Positions 62,063 to 64,000 of a stretch of 64,000 nucleotides of DNA are shown here, in pieces. The notes under the pieces are model-generated. The model did no database searches. It was given only the letters and a program-made list of their open reading frames with translations, and had not been told where the DNA came from. The first letter of the stretch is position 1; every line of letters begins with the position of its first letter. Both the position numbers and the translations under genes were made by a program. Location of the stretch: NCBI GenBank assembly GCA_002269645.1, contig NIVC01002498.1, positions 104,244 through 168,243 of the forward strand, given 5' to 3'. The DNA comes from Macrostomum lignano (lineage: Eukaryota).

Positions 62063-64000
62063 TCAAAATTTGCCAATAGATTTGACAACAGCTGCCTGAC
62101 TGGCACTGCTTGGCTTGGTCTGTGACAGTGACAGACTACTTTTTGCTTTATGCAGCCTGACCGCTACCGCGCCACGCTGCTGGCGCTGTGGCAAGGTCTG
62201 TTGCGTCTGTTGCTTCTGCAGCTGTTGGGGTTGACTGTTCGACGAGCTAGCAGTTGATGGCCGACTCAGATGCAGATTCTCCGAGGATTTCGCGCTGGAG
62301 ATTCCTGAATTTGCGTGCAGATTCAGTGCCGGCATGCTCCTAGTCCGGCTGCCCAGCTGCCCAGCCTTCTGCTGCCGCTCGACCAGGGTCGGCCTCGGCT
62401 GTCTGGGACGCGAGCTGCTGTCGTAGATCAGCTGGAATTCCTTTTGCTGTCCGGACAGTGGCAGAACTGGCTGACGGCGGAACACGCGGTCGAAAGCCTC
62501 GGCGGCGATGGCCAGGGCTTCGTGGACAACGCCAGGTATGATGGCTTCCTGGGTGGAGTTGTACAGGCCAAGGCCGGAGTGGAGTTCAACTCCAGGAGCC
62601 ACACCTGGATGGAGAGAAGCGATTGGAAGGCTTTTCAATGCTGGGTGGGCCGCATTTGTACAGTTGATGAGAATCTGCTACCTTCTATTCTTATATTTGT
62701 GCCCGTTTTGCTGAACCGTGGGCACACATGCGAGCAGGGGGACACGTACGCGGGCACACGCTAACATCATGTGTATGGTACAGTAGGCCCTGAATTTTCC
62801 ATTACCTTCAGGCTACCGGACATTCCCCCTTGTCATTTCCCCTCCGGCATGCGTTTCCCCTTCGGCGTTTCCCCTTCCGCGTTTCCCCTTCCGCGTTTCC
62901 CTTCGAAATGAAAATTGACATGAAAGTGGAAGTGGCCGGGCACCTCCAGCCAGACGTGCTGGTAGGCAGCTGCCAACCGCCGGAACCGCTGGTCGCACGC
63001 CTTCCATATCCTGCGCTGGGCGGTTGGCTCTGCACCAGTTTTCGGACCGTTGATCGGCATGGTGATCAAACTGGAAGCGCCGGAGAGAAAACAGTGGAAG
63101 GGAATGTCGGAGGGGAAACGGCGGAGGGGAAACGGCGGAGGGGAAACGGCGGAGGGGAAACGGCGGAGGGGAAACGCCGGAGGGGAATTGCCGGAGGGGA
63201 AGTGCCGGAGGGGAAGTGCCGGAGTGGCAATCTACTACTGTCCGGAGTGGAAGTGCCGGAGTGGCAATCTACTACTGTCCGGAGGGGAAGTGCCGGAGTG
63301 GAAACACCGGAGGGGAAATGACGGAGGGGACGTGAATGACTCGACAAGCGCGAGGCTAATTTGCGTGCCGGGACTCCAAAAACTATTGTGAATCCGGGTA
63401 CTCTGGCACAAGAGTCATACACGGTACGGTGCGATAACAAGCAATCCAGGGATTAAAGAAGACAAGATCTGAGCAAGAAGTATGCAGCAGGTGGACGCAC
63501 CTTGCCGGATTCCTCCACCAGAAAATCGCAGCCAAACAGCTCAAAGCAGCCGCAGGCGGTGGCCAGCTTTGGTCGAGTCGCCGCGACAAGGTGCGCCAGC
63601 CTGACGGATGCTGACCTGCATCCCGGAGATGGCGAAGTCCTTGTCCAGTCCTAACTGTTCGCAGTGCTCGTTGATGTGGCAATTCAGCCTGTCGATTGAC
63701 CAGATTGTCTCCTCCGGGCCGCATCGTAGGCGGAGTCCTTCTGCTGCACAGGCTTGATTGGTCAGGTGCAAGCAGAGATCGTCGCTTTTCAGGTCGAAGT
63801 CGCGGCAGGTGAGTCGGGCGTAGCCGGGGTGGTAGAAGCCAGGCAGTTGAGGTTTAGCGTGGCCAGCACAGCAGGTAGACGCGCAGGTCGAATTTCTTAC
63901 GGCCAGCAGCAGCGCCGCTCGATGTACTTTTGAATGACCCAGTCGCGTCGCGGCTCGCCGTTCGTGCGCTCGTCGTTGAAACAGATTACGGAAGTCAAGC
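62063..64000 (-). CDS. TTLL10: TTLL10-like tubulin glycylase, 3' part (gene continues past the window); several apparent frameshifts
   Basis: Exon 64000-63616: WVIQKYIER..KKFDLRVYLL..HPGYARLT..DLCLHLTNQ..ETIWSIDRLN (frame changes needed). Exon from 62604: VWLLELNSTPAL, then with one extra C at 62551-62553 ..QEAIIPGVVHEAL..QPVLPL..FQLIYD. The intervening exon near 62920-63015 is garbled. Confidence 0.8.
63110..63320. repeat. Intronic 14-bp G-rich repeat
   Basis: Unit ggaggggaaacggc / ggaggggaagtgcc. Confidence 0.85.

Overview
Eukaryotic (invertebrate animal) genomic DNA: GC-rich exons separated by introns full of minisatellites. The style suggests a flatworm such as Macrostomum, but that is inference. 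LEFT END (1-~8.8 kb): part of a Polinton/Maverick (adintovirus-like) endogenous element. It has a minus-strand protein-primed family B DNA polymerase, apparently spliced to an upstream acidic + (DTGGGSAGS)x27 exon, and a convergent divergent TATA-binding-protein-like gene. Upstream lie a repeated 15-bp motif, a 46-bp array and a TGACGTCA cluster. HOST GENES: SLC4A11-like transporter (+, ~17 exons), a small TNFR-like single-pass receptor (-), DENND2/ST5-like Rab GEF (+), CFAP299/C4orf22 (-), a divergent SAR1 GTPase (+), the 3' part of a TTLL10-like glycylase (-), and an orphan single-pass membrane ORF. OTHER MOBILE DNA: an internally deleted Crypton-like tyrosine-recombinase element with lox-like palindromes, a Chapaev/Transib-like DDE element with ~300-bp TIRs and an AATA TSD, a deleted Harbinger with a CTG TSD, a hAT MITE, and a satellite built from hAT termini. 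Most long ORFs in the supplied track are translations of non-coding tandem repeats. Frameshifts cluster at both window ends and are mostly single-base deletions in short homopolymers, so they may be assembly errors. All exon models were built by eye, with no database search.
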